DNA from: Macrostomum lignano
Lineage: Eukaryota
Direction: 5' to 3'
Assembly (NCBI GenBank): GCA_002269645.1
Contig: NIVC01002764.1
Span: 38,755 to 102,754, forward strand
DNA length: 64,000 bases
Below are positions 22,393 to 32,580 of the stretch, in pieces. A program made the position numbers and the translations under genes. The first letter of the stretch is position 1. Every line of letters starts with the position of its first letter. The notes below the pieces were generated by a model, which saw only the letters and a list, made by a program, of their open reading frames with translations, had not been told where the DNA came from and ran no database searches.

Positions 22393-25127
22393 ACAATTAT
22401 CGCGAATTTCAGGCCTCTGAATTTGTAAATAATGCGTATCGAAGTAATGCCAGACAGTATAGTAACAGCAGAACGCATGCCGAATTCAATAAATTTCACA
22501 GAAAACCAAATAAAAATTTTGCACCTCGTGTACATATGCCGCTTGCACCTAGTCATGCGTCTGCTAGCCACAGTAGGCCGAATAATAAAGTACAAAGTAC
22601 AGTAATTCCGAATGAGCATTCGAAGAGAGAATTCGAAGAAGATACGGAGAGAAAAGGACGAGAAGCAGTCGTCAATGGAATGCTAAGAAACCGAAAGGTC
22701 TACTTCTTGCTAGACACAGGAGCTGGACATAATTTCCTAAGCAAGAGTACTTGGAAAAAGATGTTCAGAAGTGATGAAATTGAGTTGACTACTCGAAGAG
22801 TGACTACGTTTGACGGATCAAGTGTGCGAATTGAAGGAGAAGTCAGAACGAAAATACGATTCGGAGAGATAGAGATTGAGACAGAGTTCCTGCTGTGCAA
22901 TCACGAGTGTGACGACATACTCGGGATGGAGTTCTTCATGAACTTCTGCGACAGCATCAGCCTTTCCAGAGGAATGCTTGTATTAAAAGAAGGAACCTGC
23001 ATCCCAATTCAGTTTACAAAATTACCCGTACGGGTTTGCCGAATCTACAGCCATAACAGCGTGACTATACCAGCGAATAGCGCTCTTCGAATTCCAATTA
23101 GAATGACTAAAGGATCAGAAGCCAACTATGGAACGCCAATGGTCATTGACACCATTGGAGGCCAAGTGACTACGAAGAGAAATTCCTTAGAGATGATTCC
23201 TACTCTAGTGACCATGAACGATGGAACAGGAGTAGTGGAAATAATCAATCGACAGAATGACGATATCAGACTGACAAGATCTACGCTGATTGGAGTGGCC
23301 AAACCCTTGAAGCCAGGAGGCCTGGCCTACTCTATTAACAGCAAAGGTCAAGCCAGTTCAGATGATACAATTAGGACAGTGAAGAGTGAAGAGAGTGAGT
23401 ACAGCTGGATAAACGAGATCGATTTAGGAGAAGAGCTAACATCAGAACAGAAAGGACTAGTGATCGATTTGCTAAAGAAGAACAAGGAAGCATTTTCGCA
23501 GACCAACCAAGACATGGGTCTCACCCATCTTGTGACTCATGAAATATCTCTAAAAGATACCACACCGGTCAGGATTCCAACACGCAGAATTCCACCACAT
23601 CTGCAAAAGCAAGTAGATGAGCAACTTGACGACATGCTTGCTAAGAACCTGATCCGACCGTGCTATAGTACTTATTCGACGCCGCTAGTGATAGTTCCTA
23701 AGAAGGATGGATCCATAAGAATCGTCAGTGACTTCAGGGTCCTGAATTCGAGAGTGAACTATTACCCATATCCATTACCGAACATACAAGAGACTTTCGC
23801 TCAGTTATCTGGAAGCAAGTACTTCAGTAGTCTAGATTTAAACTCTGGATACTGGCAGGTACCTATCAAAGAGGAGCACAAATTTATGACAGCCTTTTCC
23901 ACCCTTACCAGAGGCCAGTTCGAATATCAGGTCATGGCACAGGGCTTGTCTAACGCTCCTGGTACATTCCAGAGACTCATGAATTTGGTGCTGATGGGAA
24001 TACAGCACAAATTCGCAATGTCGTACATAGATGATATTGTGACATACTCAGAGAAATTCGAAGATCATCTCGGTCATCTGCAAGAAGTATTTCAAAGACT
24101 AATCTCAGCAGGACTAAAATTAAGACCAAAAAAGTGCAACTTGTTTCAGAAAGAGCTAAAGTACTTAGGGCATATCGTAGGAAGAGAAGGGATTAGAACA
24201 GACCCAGCTAAGATCGAAGCGATACAGTCATGGCCTACGCCGAAAGAGGTCAAAGAACTGCGAAGCTTCTTGGGGTTGTGTAACTACTACTGCAGATTTG
24301 TAAAGAATTACGCAGAGGCAGCGCATCCGCTATTTCAATTAACTAAGAAAGGTATTCAAAACTTTAGGGAAAAGTGGACCAAGAAACATGACGAGGCTTT
24401 CCAGCAGTTGAAGCAGAGAATGACATCGACCGAAGTACTCGCGTACCCAGAATTCTCAGAGAACGAGAATGTTCGAATGGTATTAGACACCGACGCAAGC
24501 GAAGACCGAATTGGTGCTTGCCTGGGTCAAATACAATCGGACGGGGTTGAAAGACCCATTGCTTACTTCAGCAGAGCAATGAAAGAGTCTGAGAAAAGAT
24601 ATCCGATTACCAGAAAAGAGCTATTAGCGCTAGTAGATGGCATGAAACACTTCCGATTTTACCTAATTGGCAAAAGGTTTCTGGCCCGCACAGACCACAA
24701 GGCAATTCTATGGTTACTGCGCCAGACCGAAGCCCAAGGAATTCTCGGAAGATGGATTGAAAGACTGAGTGAGTTTCAATACGATATTGAGCACCGCAGT
24801 GGAGCCAAACATTCCAACGCAGATGGATTGTCACGGCGACCCTCGGAACCACCAGTTGAACAGAAAGATGCTAAGATCAAAGAGAATGAGGCCGAAATTC
24901 CTAAGATGACAATAGAAACCAGCGCTGTGAAACAAGTCGTGACTAACAGCGTGAAAGATCAGAGTTGCCAGACCGACTTCACAGAAGAGTATGAATCAGA
25001 TTCCGAAGACGAATTCGCAGATGATGAATACGAAGATGCCAGTGATCAGTTCGAAGATATGATGACATCTATGAAGATGCAAGAGACTATTTCGAAGAGG
25101 AAGAGACAGTGTGCAGAAAGCTTCTGA
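22350..25127 (+). CDS. pol: Pol part 1: aspartic protease, reverse transcriptase, RNase H (entered by frameshift)
   Basis: Frame is open from the slip site; motifs LLDTGA (PR), LDL.SGYWQ / GLSNAP.TFQR / YIDD (RT), LDTDAS / ELLA / TDHKA (RH). Confidence 0.95.
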   Translation: MSSEGRFARPRPSSNNYREFQASEFVNNAYRSNARQYSNSRTHAEFNKFHRKPNKNFAPRVHMPLAPSHASASHSRPNNKVQSTVIPNEHSKREFEEDTERKGREAVVNGMLRNRKVYFLLDTGAGHNFLSKSTWKKMFRSDEIELTTRRVTTFDGSSVRIEGEVRTKIRFGEIEIETEFLLCNHECDDILGMEFFMNFCDSISLSRGMLVLKEGTCIPIQFTKLPVRVCRIYSHNSVTIPANSALRIPIRMTKGSEANYGTPMVIDTIGGQVTTKRNSLEMIPTLVTMNDGTGVVEIINRQNDDIRLTRSTLIGVAKPLKPGGLAYSINSKGQASSDDTIRTVKSEESEYSWINEIDLGEELTSEQKGLVIDLLKKNKEAFSQTNQDMGLTHLVTHEISLKDTTPVRIPTRRIPPHLQKQVDEQLDDMLAKNLIRPCYSTYSTPLVIVPKKDGSIRIVSDFRVLNSRVNYYPYPLPNIQETFAQLSGSKYFSSLDLNSGYWQVPIKEEHKFMTAFSTLTRGQFEYQVMAQGLSNAPGTFQRLMNLVLMGIQHKFAMSYIDDIVTYSEKFEDHLGHLQEVFQRLISAGLKLRPKKCNLFQKELKYLGHIVGREGIRTDPAKIEAIQSWPTPKEVKELRSFLGLCNYYCRFVKNYAEAAHPLFQLTKKGIQNFREKWTKKHDEAFQQLKQRMTSTEVLAYPEFSENENVRMVLDTDASEDRIGACLGQIQSDGVERPIAYFSRAMKESEKRYPITRKELLALVDGMKHFRFYLIGKRFLARTDHKAILWLLRQTEAQGILGRWIERLSEFQYDIEHRSGAKHSNADGLSRRPSEPPVEQKDAKIKENEAEIPKMTIETSAVKQVVTNSVKDQSCQTDFTEEYESDSEDEFADDEYEDASDQFEDMMTSMKMQETISKRKRQCAESF

Positions 25128-26854
25128 CAGATTACCTCTCGGTTCCATTGAAGAAAGAGCAGCTGACTTCAGCGCAGCATGCTGATCCTTCTATAAGAAC
25201 CTTGATGGACTGGAAGCAGAAGAAAGTGCGTGAGCCGAAGTTGCCAGAAAATGCATCCGGAGAGTTGAAGAAGATGGTTAAGTTCTACGAGCAGATGAAA
25301 ATCGAAGATGAAATGCTGACAGTCAGTGAAGACGGTAAACGGAAAGTAGTATTGCCAGAAAGGATTGAGAAAGATGTATTCAAAGAGCTGCATGACAGTC
25401 CGCTAGCAGGCCACCTAGGTCGGGACAAGACGCTACAGCGAGTCCGAGACCGATTCTGGAGGCCGGGGTTAGTGACTGCAGTTGAAAAGTACATCGCAGA
25501 ATGCATCCCGTGTCTGGAAAGTAAAAGCGGAAATAAAGTACGAGCACCGGTGCAGACCTTTCCGATATGCGAGCCATTTCATCGGCTGCACATAGATTTG
25601 ATCGGTCCAATATCAAAGGAAAGCAGAAGAGGACACCGATATGTACTTACTGTCGTAGATAGTACAACAAAGTTCCCATTCGCTTTTCCGGTTCGGAATC
25701 AGAAATCCGCGACTGTTATCAAAACGATACAAGAGAGAATTTTCAGCGAGTATGGCCAGTGTCAATGGATACACACTGATAATGGCAAGACTTTTGTAAG
25801 TCACCAATTTCAGGCATTCTGTACCCTATACGGCATTAAGCATACTTGCACTACGCCTTACCATGCTCAGAGTAACGGGCTTGTCGAAAGATTTAACAAG
25901 CAAATTAAATCGATTGTAACCTGTTTGATTGAAAAGGATCATTCAGATTGGGATCTGCTCATACCCGCCGCTCTGGTAGCTGTGCGAACCAGTGTTAATC
26001 AAACTACTGGGTTCACACCACACTACTTACTATTCGGGAGAGAAGCAGATTTGCCAATAGATAGCATTGTGAAAAGGCCAAGACTATACCGAGACTATCC
26101 TAGCTATGTGCTGGATCATGCGAAGAGAATCGAGGAGACAAAAGCAATTGTGCGAAGACAACTCGAAAAGGTGCGAGAGAAAAGGCAAGAGGACGAAGTT
26201 GAGAATCGTCAGCCTAAAAATGTGCCAGTTGGCTGTCTCGCTCTCATCAACAATCCTCAACTTCACCAAGAGGAGAGCCACAAATTTCATCGAAAGAAAA
26301 GAGCAGCCTATCGAGTTCTTGCGAAGATATCTGATACAGTTTTCCGTGTGCAAAGAGAAATCAATGGCGAAAGGAGCGGAGAAAAACTATTAGTACATAG
26401 AAATAATCTGACTCCAGTGCCGAAATCCGAAATTGATTTACCAGAGGAAATTAATAATAATTTAAAACCAGCACCAGTGCCAACTAAGAAGAAAGAACAG
26501 CCGAAGCCGAAGAAAAGAATTTGCCATAGACAAAAAGAAGTTAGAATTCCAGAAGTTCAAATTTTAGAGGAGGAAAGCTCAGACGAAGAAAACAGAATTC
26601 AATGGAGAGTATTCGCAGATCCGAATTCGCAGAGTGAAAACGAAGGAAATGAAGAAGTAAACAGTGAAAATACAGAGAGAGCGACTGACTCAGATGAGCC
26701 ATCAGAAGAAGAAGAAGGAGCATTAGAGTTAGAGGAGGAACGAGTTCAGCCAGAGAATAGGTATAACTTTAGGATGACTCAGCGAAGGAGAGAAAGAGAA
26801 GGCGCGACAGGATTTGTGCCCCGAAGGCGCTACGCGAAATATTTAGCACCTTAA
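25046..26854 (+). CDS. pol: Pol part 2: integrase (HHCC zinc finger, DDE core, acidic tail), out of frame (-1) with RT/RH
   Basis: HDSPLAGHLG..CIPC, RLHIDLIGP, HTDNG..F, NGLVERFN; frame open from 25046 (after TGA 25043-25045). Confidence 0.93.
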   Translation, partial: SVRRYDDIYEDARDYFEEEETVCRKLLTDYLSVPLKKEQLTSAQHADPSIRTLMDWKQKKVREPKLPENASGELKKMVKFYEQMKIEDEMLTVSEDGKRKVVLPERIEKDVFKELHDSPLAGHLGRDKTLQRVRDRFWRPGLVTAVEKYIAECIPCLESKSGNKVRAPVQTFPICEPFHRLHIDLIGPISKESRRGHRYVLTVVDSTTKFPFAFPVRNQKSATVIKTIQERIFSEYGQCQWIHTDNGKTFVSHQFQAFCTLYGIKHTCTTPYHAQSNGLVERFNKQIKSIVTCLIEKDHSDWDLLIPAALVAVRTSVNQTTGFTPHYLLFGREADLPIDSIVKRPRLYRDYPSYVLDHAKRIEETKAIVRRQLEKVREKRQEDEVENRQPKNVPVGCLALINNPQLHQEESHKFHRKKRAAYRVLAKISDTVFRVQREINGERSGEKLLVHRNNLTPVPKSEIDLPEEINNNLKPAPVPTKKKEQPKPKKRICHRQKEVRIPEVQILEEESSDEENRIQWRVFADPNSQSENEGNEEVNSENTERATDSDEPSEEEEGALELEEERVQPENRYNFRMTQRRREREGATGFVPRRRYAKYLAP

Positions 26855-27080
26855 ATCATGACGTAAGCAATTTCCCATAAGAAACAGTGTTAAATAGTTA
26901 AAATTCCGTATTAGAATTACTTATCTGCTTATAAAATTTGACATGCTGTACATAGAGCGAATCTGTAAATACCATATTAATCTACAAAATGCGATCTTTA
27001 ATTTGATACTTTACTCAAGAAAATCTATCAAAAAATAAAAAAGTTATAAAAAGAAATAGAAAATCCATAAAAATTTAGTT

Positions 27081-27243
27081 GTCAAATCTGTCAAATCTGG
27101 CATGCCCCGCCCACGCGCGAGGGGAGTGCTTCGAAGAGGTCCAGTTTTTCGGCCCGCCAGCCTATAAATACGAGCACCCTGCAGGCCCCACAGATCCCAT
27201 AGCTCACTGCTAGCTTCCTTTCTATTCTAAGAGCCATTCGCAG
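27081..27243 (+). promoter_or_regulatory. Candidate internal Pol II promoter and/or splice acceptor for ORF3
   Basis: GC box gccccgccc (27104-27112), ggcccgcc (27151-27158), TATAAATA (27163-27170), a CA dinucleotide about 29 nt downstream, and a pyrimidine tract plus AG at 27212-27231. Confidence 0.6.
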
Positions 27244-27253
27244 AGAAATCAAA

Positions 27254-28135
27254 ATGAACAACTCTATTGATATCTTGGACGAGTTAATTGGCAATCTGTC
27301 AGACGATATGGAGCCCCAGCCAGCGCCCAACACCGACGAAAATGAGGCACCGCTTCGATGTGCAACACGTCCAAAGGCGCCTGGTGTATCCAGCAAACGG
27401 CCAAGAACATCATCGCCAGCTTCATCGCCTTGCCGCCAAATGAGGGTCGAAGGCCCCGAGCAGAAGCGCGCCGCCCTGGTGGCAGCACAGGCAGCTGCGC
27501 CCGTGCGCTCCTATGTTGTCAAGGCCACGCCAGGATCGTCGACATCAAGCCGAACGCAGCAGTTGGTGTCACCGCCAGCTGCCCCATCATCGAGAAAGAC
27601 CCCGGCACCACGGCAGAAGAAATCGACAGCTGCGACACCGCCAGCTCAGCAGCCAGCGTCGCAGCCGAGCCTGCAATCAGCGCAGCAGTCAGCGTTGCAG
27701 CCGAGCCTGCAATCAGCGCAGCAGTCTAGCCAGCCATCAGCACTACAGCCGAGCCAGCAGCAATCGAATTCGCAGAGAGATTTTCATCGCATCGTCCGAG
27801 AACTTGTGGAGACTCGCGGAGCAGAGGTGGAAAAGCTACGCTTCCACATTGAGCAATACGCACTGAAAGTAGCGTACCACCGATCCGACAGCCGACAGCG
27901 CTACCCCCAATGCTCGCAAATTTGGACACCTGAAGTTTCTAAGGGATCAATTCAGTTACCAGGAACCTGTCGCTGTTCTCCAGGACGTCGCCTATCGCCT
28001 CCAGCGGGCTATAAGAGCCAACCCGCCGCCAGCGCTGACGGTCCTCGACGAAGAGTACCGATGGTTTTTCGCTCAAGTCGGCTGGCCCTACTATCGCGAC
28101 CTCCCGGAACCCTGCATGTTTATCTGAACTACTGA
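27254..28135 (+). CDS. Retrotransposon accessory ORF3, not Env-like, function unknown
   Basis: 293-aa ATG-initiated sense ORF between IN and the PPT; acidic N-terminus, S/P/A/Q-rich middle, helical-looking segment; no signal peptide or TM helix. Confidence 0.7.
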   Translation: MNNSIDILDELIGNLSDDMEPQPAPNTDENEAPLRCATRPKAPGVSSKRPRTSSPASSPCRQMRVEGPEQKRAALVAAQAAAPVRSYVVKATPGSSTSSRTQQLVSPPAAPSSRKTPAPRQKKSTAATPPAQQPASQPSLQSAQQSALQPSLQSAQQSSQPSALQPSQQQSNSQRDFHRIVRELVETRGAEVEKLRFHIEQYALKVAYHRSDSRQRYPQCSQIWTPEVSKGSIQLPGTCRCSPGRRLSPPAGYKSQPAASADGPRRRVPMVFRSSRLALLSRPPGTLHVYLNY

Positions 28136-28400
28136 GGTGAACTAACTTTTGCGTTGCCTTTAATAACAATTTTGCCTTTTATAATACTTTTATAATAGTT
28201 CGCTTTGCTTCCATAATAGTTCTCACTTTAATGGTTTACCTACATAATAGTTCTATCACAACCATTTTATGCACCAATTGTTTTAGCACTGAATTGTGTT
28301 TTCTGCACCTTGCTTTGCACCTTTTCACCTGCATTTTCCTACGATATCAATTTTTCACTGTATACATATAATATAGTATTTCGTTCAAAATTTAATATAT

Positions 28401-28412
28401 AGAGGAGGAAAG
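28401..28412 (+). promoter_or_regulatory. Polypurine tract
   Basis: agaggaggaaag, 1 nt before the 3' LTR. Confidence 0.9.
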
Positions 28413-28413
28413 T

Positions 28414-29169
28414 TGTACTAGTGCTATGCCTTTATCATAGTATACTCGAATGTTCTTTCAATGTAATAACTGTATATTCGAATCTTTCTTAGAAACTGAA
28501 TCTACGCGAACGCCAAATAATAGTTTGTTTTAATGCGCGAAATAAATTGGAGAATTATTTTTTTGTTTTAATCGTATGTGGGGGAAATCACTATATATAG
28601 GAGTGGTTTCGCGACAAATATACTCCAACTGTCTTTTACTCGTGAGCAAATAATTGCGAACAGAATAAGCAGTTCAATCTAAACCATTTCAAAGTCTTTG
28701 AGCTAAATAGCGACTTATTTATTTGCAAAACCTGTGAAACGATTCTAAGAAATTTGCTAAGAGAAGGGAATTGGGACTAATTCTTGGAGATATACCAAGA
28801 GAGGCGCCGTGACCCTCTAGTCTCGGTGAACGCCCGATTAGGACTATACACTAATACATATACCAGTACTAGACCGCTCAGGCCATAAGCTACTAGAACG
28901 CTACCAGAAAGCAAGCCATAAGCTACCAGAAACGCTACTAAGAACGCTACTAAGAACGCTACCCAGAAATATTTAAATGAAATTCTAAGAAATAGTTAGG
29001 GAGTAAAAGCAAGTATAATCAGGATAACTGTAGTTGGCAAATCGGTGGGATTAAAATTGATAAAGTAAGAGGTGAAAGGCCTGTAACAACTTTGGTGGCA
29101 GCTCGTAGGATATTTAATAAACACTAATAGTTAGAAGTTTAGAAAGACAGAGCCAAAAGGCCTGTCACA
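28414..29169 (+). repeat. 3' LTR (756 bp)
   Basis: Copy of 20492-21247 at offset 7922. Confidence 0.97.
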
Positions 29170-30924
29170 ATACTTTAGAGATAATTGAGATATAATCAAG
29201 ATTCAAGATTAAGCCTAATTAGCATCTAATAGGTCTATACCTCAATGTGTACAATGATGATAATAGAAGGAAAAGCAATTATACAATATTGTGCTTGTTA
29301 GTAACTTGATATATATCAAATATAAATATTATAATATCATAGTTATCAATTGTATAATCATATTATATGATTATAATCAATACAATACAATCAATTGTAT
29401 ATTGTATAATCATAGTTACAAATCTTGACTTTTTTAGATCTCAAAACTAAGATTAAGATTGAAAAAAGTGCAAGATCTTGATGATCAAGATTGAGATCAA
29501 GATCTTGTCCAACCCCTAGATTTTGAATATATAACATTAGTATAATAAAAATATAAAGGCTATTAGATGTGCGAAATTCAATCCCTTTTTAAAGCTCTTA
29601 AATATGCAATCTCCCTGATTTACACTAGCTATAAGATCTTATTTTTGACCAAAAATGCCATTTACAAAAGAAACAAGCAAAAATCAATGTAATTTTGGGT
29701 AAATAAAAAGAGCAACTATATTGTATTAATAAGGCTAAATGTCGAATACAATTTCTCCATTTTTAGTTGGGCTTTTTTTACTTACTCTGGTAAGGCCCCT
29801 TGCCAAATAGCTAGTTAGACCTGGTCTAATATGTGGCTAGTATGGGCCATAGACAACTCCCATTCGTCATTCTGCGTCATTAGCACCATTTTAAAAGAAA
29901 AAATTTCGCGAACGAAAGTAAATTTACACCTTGAAATTAAATTTAATAATTTATAAATTGAATAGGCCTAGCCAAGACTCAAGACTTCAAATTTAACTTA
30001 CTGAATTCGGTTAAACTTTTTAAAAAACTTAGTAGTTAAACCTGGTTAGGTCTAGACTATATTTAGATTATTTTTGTAGACTAAAACTACTCTAGGCCTA
30101 CCTAAAATCTAGGCCAGCGGCCAGGTAGGCGGCTAGGCCTAAGTTTCTACTTTATTTTATAGGCCTAGTCTAGACATCAATCAGTTATAAAGAGCTTAGG
30201 CCTAACTTGAATCTATATAACGAAATATATAGGCCACTGGTAGGGAGGGCCTAGTACAATCGTAATAATCAACTTTAAATTCAATTCAAAATTACGTTAT
30301 AAATTGCTATTCATAACATAACACTTGATTAAATTTACTCACTGAGCTTAAACGTACGTTTTAACAAAATCTGTATGATTTTTTGGACTTGGTGCAGGAT
30401 ATGAAGAATTGAAAGTTTCTTAACACTTTTTATTCTTATTTTTTATATTTAAAAATTTTTTGCTTGTGGTAACAGACTGCAAGATTACTTTAAAAAGGCT
30501 GGCTCTAAATTTTTTCGCGCATGAAAGTCAACGCAACGCGAAATCTTTCAGTCTGAGATTTTTACTTTGTTTCATTTGTCCAAATTAAGTAAGTGTCTTT
30601 TACATTTTTTTTCTAATTGTGTTCTTCTTTGATCCTTGCGTTTTTAGATCTAATCGTTTCAACATTACTATTAAATAAAGAAACCATTGTTTTCCTTTAA
30701 CATTGTTTTTCACCGCCGAACGAAACCTAAAGCTTTCCAAGCACAGTTTTTTGAAAATTAATTTCTTCGACTATAATTTTTCGTAATATCTTTTTTTACA
30801 CAATAGGCTTGTCTCTTGGTCTCTTTGCAACAGTTAAGTTGGTTTATAAATTCTAAGACGGGGTAGTATCACGTTTTAAAATATAAAAGCAAGTAAAAGA
30901 CATTTACCCTTTAATTTTATAAAT

Positions 30925-32484
30925 TTGATGAAACTTCTAGACGGCTCCACACTAAGAAATAATTCAGACCGAAGCCAGCAGATGAACTCCAAGGTTAATC
31001 CGGCGTGGCAGCCGGCTTCAACACCGCTGCAGTTGCCTTCGCCAAGTAGTGGGGATCTAGCGAGCCTTCTACAAGCGCTAGCGAACCAAACTGCGCAGAC
31101 GCAAGCAATGCTAACAGCTCTTATGACTCAGTCTTCGCAGCCTCAAAACCAGACGTCGACAGCTATTAGCATGAGTCAAAGCAACCCGGAGGCACTGCTG
31201 AAAGCACTGATGGCAGAGCTGCAACAGACTAGCCAGGGATTGCCAGCATCAGCTCCACAGGTTGATAACAAGCGGCTTAAAGTTGCCACAGTCTCTTCTA
31301 TGTCTTCATCGTCTCCTGGCAGTTCGCCATGCACTTCGCCAAACCTGGATGCAGATCTTCGCTCTACCCGTCAACTAGTGAGTAGCTTCCCATACGGAGA
31401 TGACAGCAATAGCGGCGCTAGCGGCGGTGTCGGCGGCGTCCCTGGAGGTAACGCCGGAATCATCAAGAGCGCCGTCGGCAGCAGCACGACCGGGATCATT
31501 GGCGACCAAGGAGTTCTTGCAAGAGATATAAATGGCATCACGGGTGTTCGTGAAGCAGTGAGGTATGCTTGCAGTTTTTGCTATTATGTGAGTGTGAAAT
31601 AGCCACTTCCACTCTCCCCAGTTTTACACATTCCCCTGACATTTCATCGCAATGCTCTTTCGTATGCAAAGCATTTTTCTTTTCATTTCCGCGGTCAGAA
31701 CCTTCGGCGGGCATTGGCAGAGCAACTGCATGGGAATGTGCTGAACAATGCAACCAAGGTATTGGTATAAAAATACATGGTACTGTACGTTCTAATGCTA
31801 TAGGTTCTTCGTGAGCTTCAGCTTTGATATGTCTGATTGATGCATTGTTTATGAACTGAGTTACAGTTTGTTTGGTTGAGTTGAGTTTGAGCGTGAGAAG
31901 ACTGTAAGTCACACTGACATTCAAGTACAATGGTGCTTCTAAGCTACTGAAATGCTCGACAGGACAGGAATCTGTTTGAGTGTCTGGTTCACGTTGAAGA
32001 TAGTGAAATATCTGCTTGGCTTTTCTAAAAGCATTTACGGGCAAAAACATTCGGCCTTATTTTGATATATAGCAGCAAAAGCTCGTGCACAGCAGATTGT
32101 GCTTCGGTTCGGTCATCTTTGATCGCCGGCAAAGATTTTTCAGTTATTCATAAAACCTGTTATATTAATCGCAGTATAGCCAGTTCATCAACAATTTTTT
32201 CCTGTGATATAAAACCCAATTTAATGGAAAACTTCAACTGCCTACCGTTATGCTCAATTTAAAATCCCCTATCCGACACATCAAAAGGCACGCGAATTCG
32301 TCTTGCTCAGTTATTAAGCTAAATTTCACCTCTTGTTCGTGCTTCAGTATCTGGTTGCAAAGGATACCACCCTAGGTTGCTAATTTGTAACTTTCCTCCA
32401 CGCCATTACAGGGGTCTGAAGAGACCACACCAGCATCAGTACGATCAGCATCAACAACAGCAGCAACAACAACAGCAACAACAA

Positions 32485-32521
<37 letters not shown>

Positions 32522-32580
32522 CAGCACTCAGGCAGACCCAGTTTCCAGCCACATGCTCGCTACTGAGTGGTGTGAGTGCT
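30925..32580 (+). CDS. Probable 5' low-complexity exons of the NFAT-like gene
   Basis: S/Q/P-rich ORF 30925-about 31557 with donors near 31558/31563; candidate exon about 31699-31758; CAA/CAG-rich exon about 32410-32572. Same strand and upstream of the RHD exons; linkage and phases unresolved. Confidence 0.5.
32449..32521 (+). repeat. (CAA/CAG)n trinucleotide repeat
   Basis: About 24 CAR triplets. Confidence 0.9.

Larger units (their letters stand above)
20492..29169 (+). mobile_element. Full-length Ty3/Gypsy LTR retrotransposon, 8678 bp, recent insertion
   Basis: TGT..ACA LTRs of equal length, 4-bp TSD ATAC (20488-20491 and 29170-29173), PBS, PPT, gag, and pol in PR-RT-RH-IN order, plus an extra ORF3. 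Confidence 0.98.
20439..29518. mobile_element. About 400-bp TIR element (possibly hAT-derived MITE) interrupted by the Gypsy insertion
   Basis: Left end tagaggttggacaa (20439) and right end ttgtccaaccccta (29505-29518) are 13/14 inverted matches; both halves are rich in caagat subterminal motifs; flanks catttcaa/gattttga match at only 5/8 positions. Confidence 0.6.

Noticed and set aside
27254-28135. ORF3 as a retroviral-type Env
   Set aside because: No signal peptide, furin site plus fusion peptide, or TM anchor in either candidate frame.
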